Positions 62,073-64,000 of a stretch of DNA of 64,000 nucleotides are shown in pieces. The stretch covers positions 5,627,319 through 5,691,318 of the forward strand of contig CM082594.2 of NCBI GenBank assembly GCA_040954595.2, written 5' to 3'. Every line of letters begins with the position of its first letter. The stretch's first letter is position 1. The translations under genes and the position numbers were made by a program. The stretch is from Balanoglossus misakiensis (lineage: Eukaryota; Animalia; Hemichordata). The notes beneath the pieces are model-generated. The model made no database searches, had not been told where the DNA came from, and saw nothing but the letters and a program-made list of their open reading frames with translations.

Positions 62073-63934
62073 TTATTGCTTAAACAGTGACTCGCAGAAT
62101 GCTTCAAAATCCTTCTGGGTGCTTTCAAATTCTTCTTTTGTTGCATCCTGGAAATCAAAGTAAAATGCATCTGAGAAAGTTGTAGTCAACAGTGTATATA
62201 TATAATACTGGACCTGATATGTTATAGGGAGAATGCTGTCATGTGACATAGACTATGTTTGCTGATAGGGAGAATGCTGTCATGTGACCTCTTACCTGAT
62301 GTGTATCAAGCCAGTGTTGCAGCATACACTTCTGCAGAATAATCTTCTTCAGAATTTCATCATTACCCGGGTTTTTCACGCTGTCTATGCTCCTCTGCAA
62401 ATTATTCCGCGAAGAAATTCTTGTGGTCTCTATCGCATCTTCTTTAAGATGCTGTTTCATTTCTTGTCTCATGTTTTCCAATTCGTCATCTGAGAAGCCT
62501 GCATGAAAAAATAAATGAAGGTCATCTGAGATTGTAGCTTTGATCAAGCATGTCCACGCATATTGTGAGTGCCTCAGTACAACACATTTTGTGACTGCAA
62601 AAAGGAGTTTATGAAGAACTAACCAATTTTGTTGCCAACCGTGACCTCACTACTGGTGCCAGAATTCTCATGGACGGCCGATATGTGGAGGACGCCATCA
62701 CTGGCCGGAATGTCAAAGGTCACGGCAATCTTCGGAACACCACTTGCAGCTTGTGGAAGACTGTGTAATTCTAACTTGGCAAGAAGATTCTGAAATGCAT
62801 AAAATTTTATTATGAAAAACGCCCAATAACAATTATTAAAATAAGGCATGATGTTTGTCAAGTTAATTGTAGCAGAGGCAAGATTATTCCATGAACTCCT
62901 AAAAAATGTTTTTATCGTGCGATACTTACATTATCTAAAGTCTGAGTGTTCTCTCCTTCATAGACTTTAATAGGTATGGTCAGTGGTCGTGTGGACAGCG
63001 GCGTTTTGTTGCTTTGATGTTTGTTGTGGTGACAGTTGTGACGTTCGTGTTCTTCGCGCTGCTTCAGCATCATCTCCGCTTGACAGTCCGGCACCAGTCC
63101 GGCAGGGTTTTCGGAAAACGTCGTGAACTTCTGGCAGTTTTTGATCGGGACGCTCGTGTTTCGCTTGATGACCGACGCCATCGCGCCCTGGACCGCCTCG
63201 ACGCCGAGGGTGACCGGCGCCGCGTCCACCAGAAGAATTTCTTGCAGGATCTCCGACCGATCGCCGCTCAATATGGCCGCTTGTATGGCTGTGTAGAAAT
63301 GTCATCAAATTAGCATAAAAACAGAAACTGTTTTTTCACTTTCTTACAACTTGAGTGAATAGTCTAACAGTCATAAATGAAGCATCCTGACCTGTGAGGG
63401 CGCTGTAGACACAATGCTATGTATCAACTACCATTTATGTACAGGTGTCTGTGAAGGATATAGCATCTCGAGACACCTGTAACCTGTACATACCTCCAAT
63501 CACAGGAAATCTTTGGGTGATATGTTTGAGTGACAGGTATTCACTTGGCTGTTTCATTGGTAGTACTTAAAAGTTGCCTCACAAATTTTGGAAATACAAT
63601 AAAAACTGCTTTTAATTTCTGGAGAGAGAAACCATTAGGAATGAAAATGTCCTAACCTGCACCGCAAGCTACAGCTTGATCGGGATTGGTAATCTTTTTC
63701 AGATCCTTGCCGCCAAGGAATTCCTGCAGCATGGTCTGGATTCTGGGAATAGCAGATGCACCACCAACAATCAGAATCTCATCCAGTTTTGACTTCCTGA
63801 GCTTGGCATCTTGAATCGCTTTCTTGACCACGTCGAGAGTTCTCTGGAACCGGTCAGAATTCAGTTCTTCAAACTGGGCTCGGGTAACCGATGAATGGAA
63901 GTCTATGTCTTCATTGAAAGATTCAATGTCTATA
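62073..63934 (-). CDS. Divergent HSP70-family protein, 3' five exons (5' part lies beyond the right edge)
   Basis: Phase-consistent exons 63657-63934, 62930-63288, 62624-62789, 62296-62498, 62073-62147. HSP70 motifs: TRAQFEELNSD, DEILIVGGASAIP, NPDQAVACGAAIQAAILSGD, LLVDAAPVTLGVE, VIKRNTSVP, IKVYEGE, GVPKIAVTFDI. The protein ends ...FEAFCESLFKQ*. Confidence 0.9.
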
Positions 63935-64000
63935 CTAGAGATGGGGGGAAGACAAGAATTACTGTGAAGTGTGAATCAGGGAGAGAGCTTCAGAAAAACA

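Noticed and set aside
62224-62290. Short ~40-bp tandem duplication in the last HSP70 intron
   Set aside because: It is a minor intronic slippage event with no apparent effect on splice sites.

Overview
This is eukaryotic, intron-rich, AT-rich genomic DNA from an animal. A marine invertebrate deuterostome such as a hemichordate is likely; that is an inference from the mitochondrial creatine kinase and the repeat landscape. Bases 1 to about 41,200 appear to be the very large first intron of an AGAP1/3 (centaurin-gamma) Arf-GAP gene on the minus strand, whose first coding exon lies at 41210-41375. That intron holds at least one candidate alternative first exon, two nested Helentron/HINE-like elements, short TTAA-flanked MITEs, decayed LINE and transposon fragments, local tandem duplications and a strong excess of the palindrome TACATGTA. 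Head-to-head with AGAP is a 28-exon, ~2032-aa single-pass mosaic membrane protein gene (42752-55641) that I cannot assign to a named family: Ig-like, LamG/pentraxin-like, EGF, Sushi, GCC2/3 and TM domains with a Tyr-rich and Pro-rich tail. A complete mitochondrial creatine kinase gene follows (58922-61571). Converging on it is the 3' half of a divergent HSP70-family gene with a 40-aa His-rich insertion in the substrate-binding domain and no EEVD. Exon coordinates were derived by hand from GT-AG sites and reading-frame continuity; no database searches were run.
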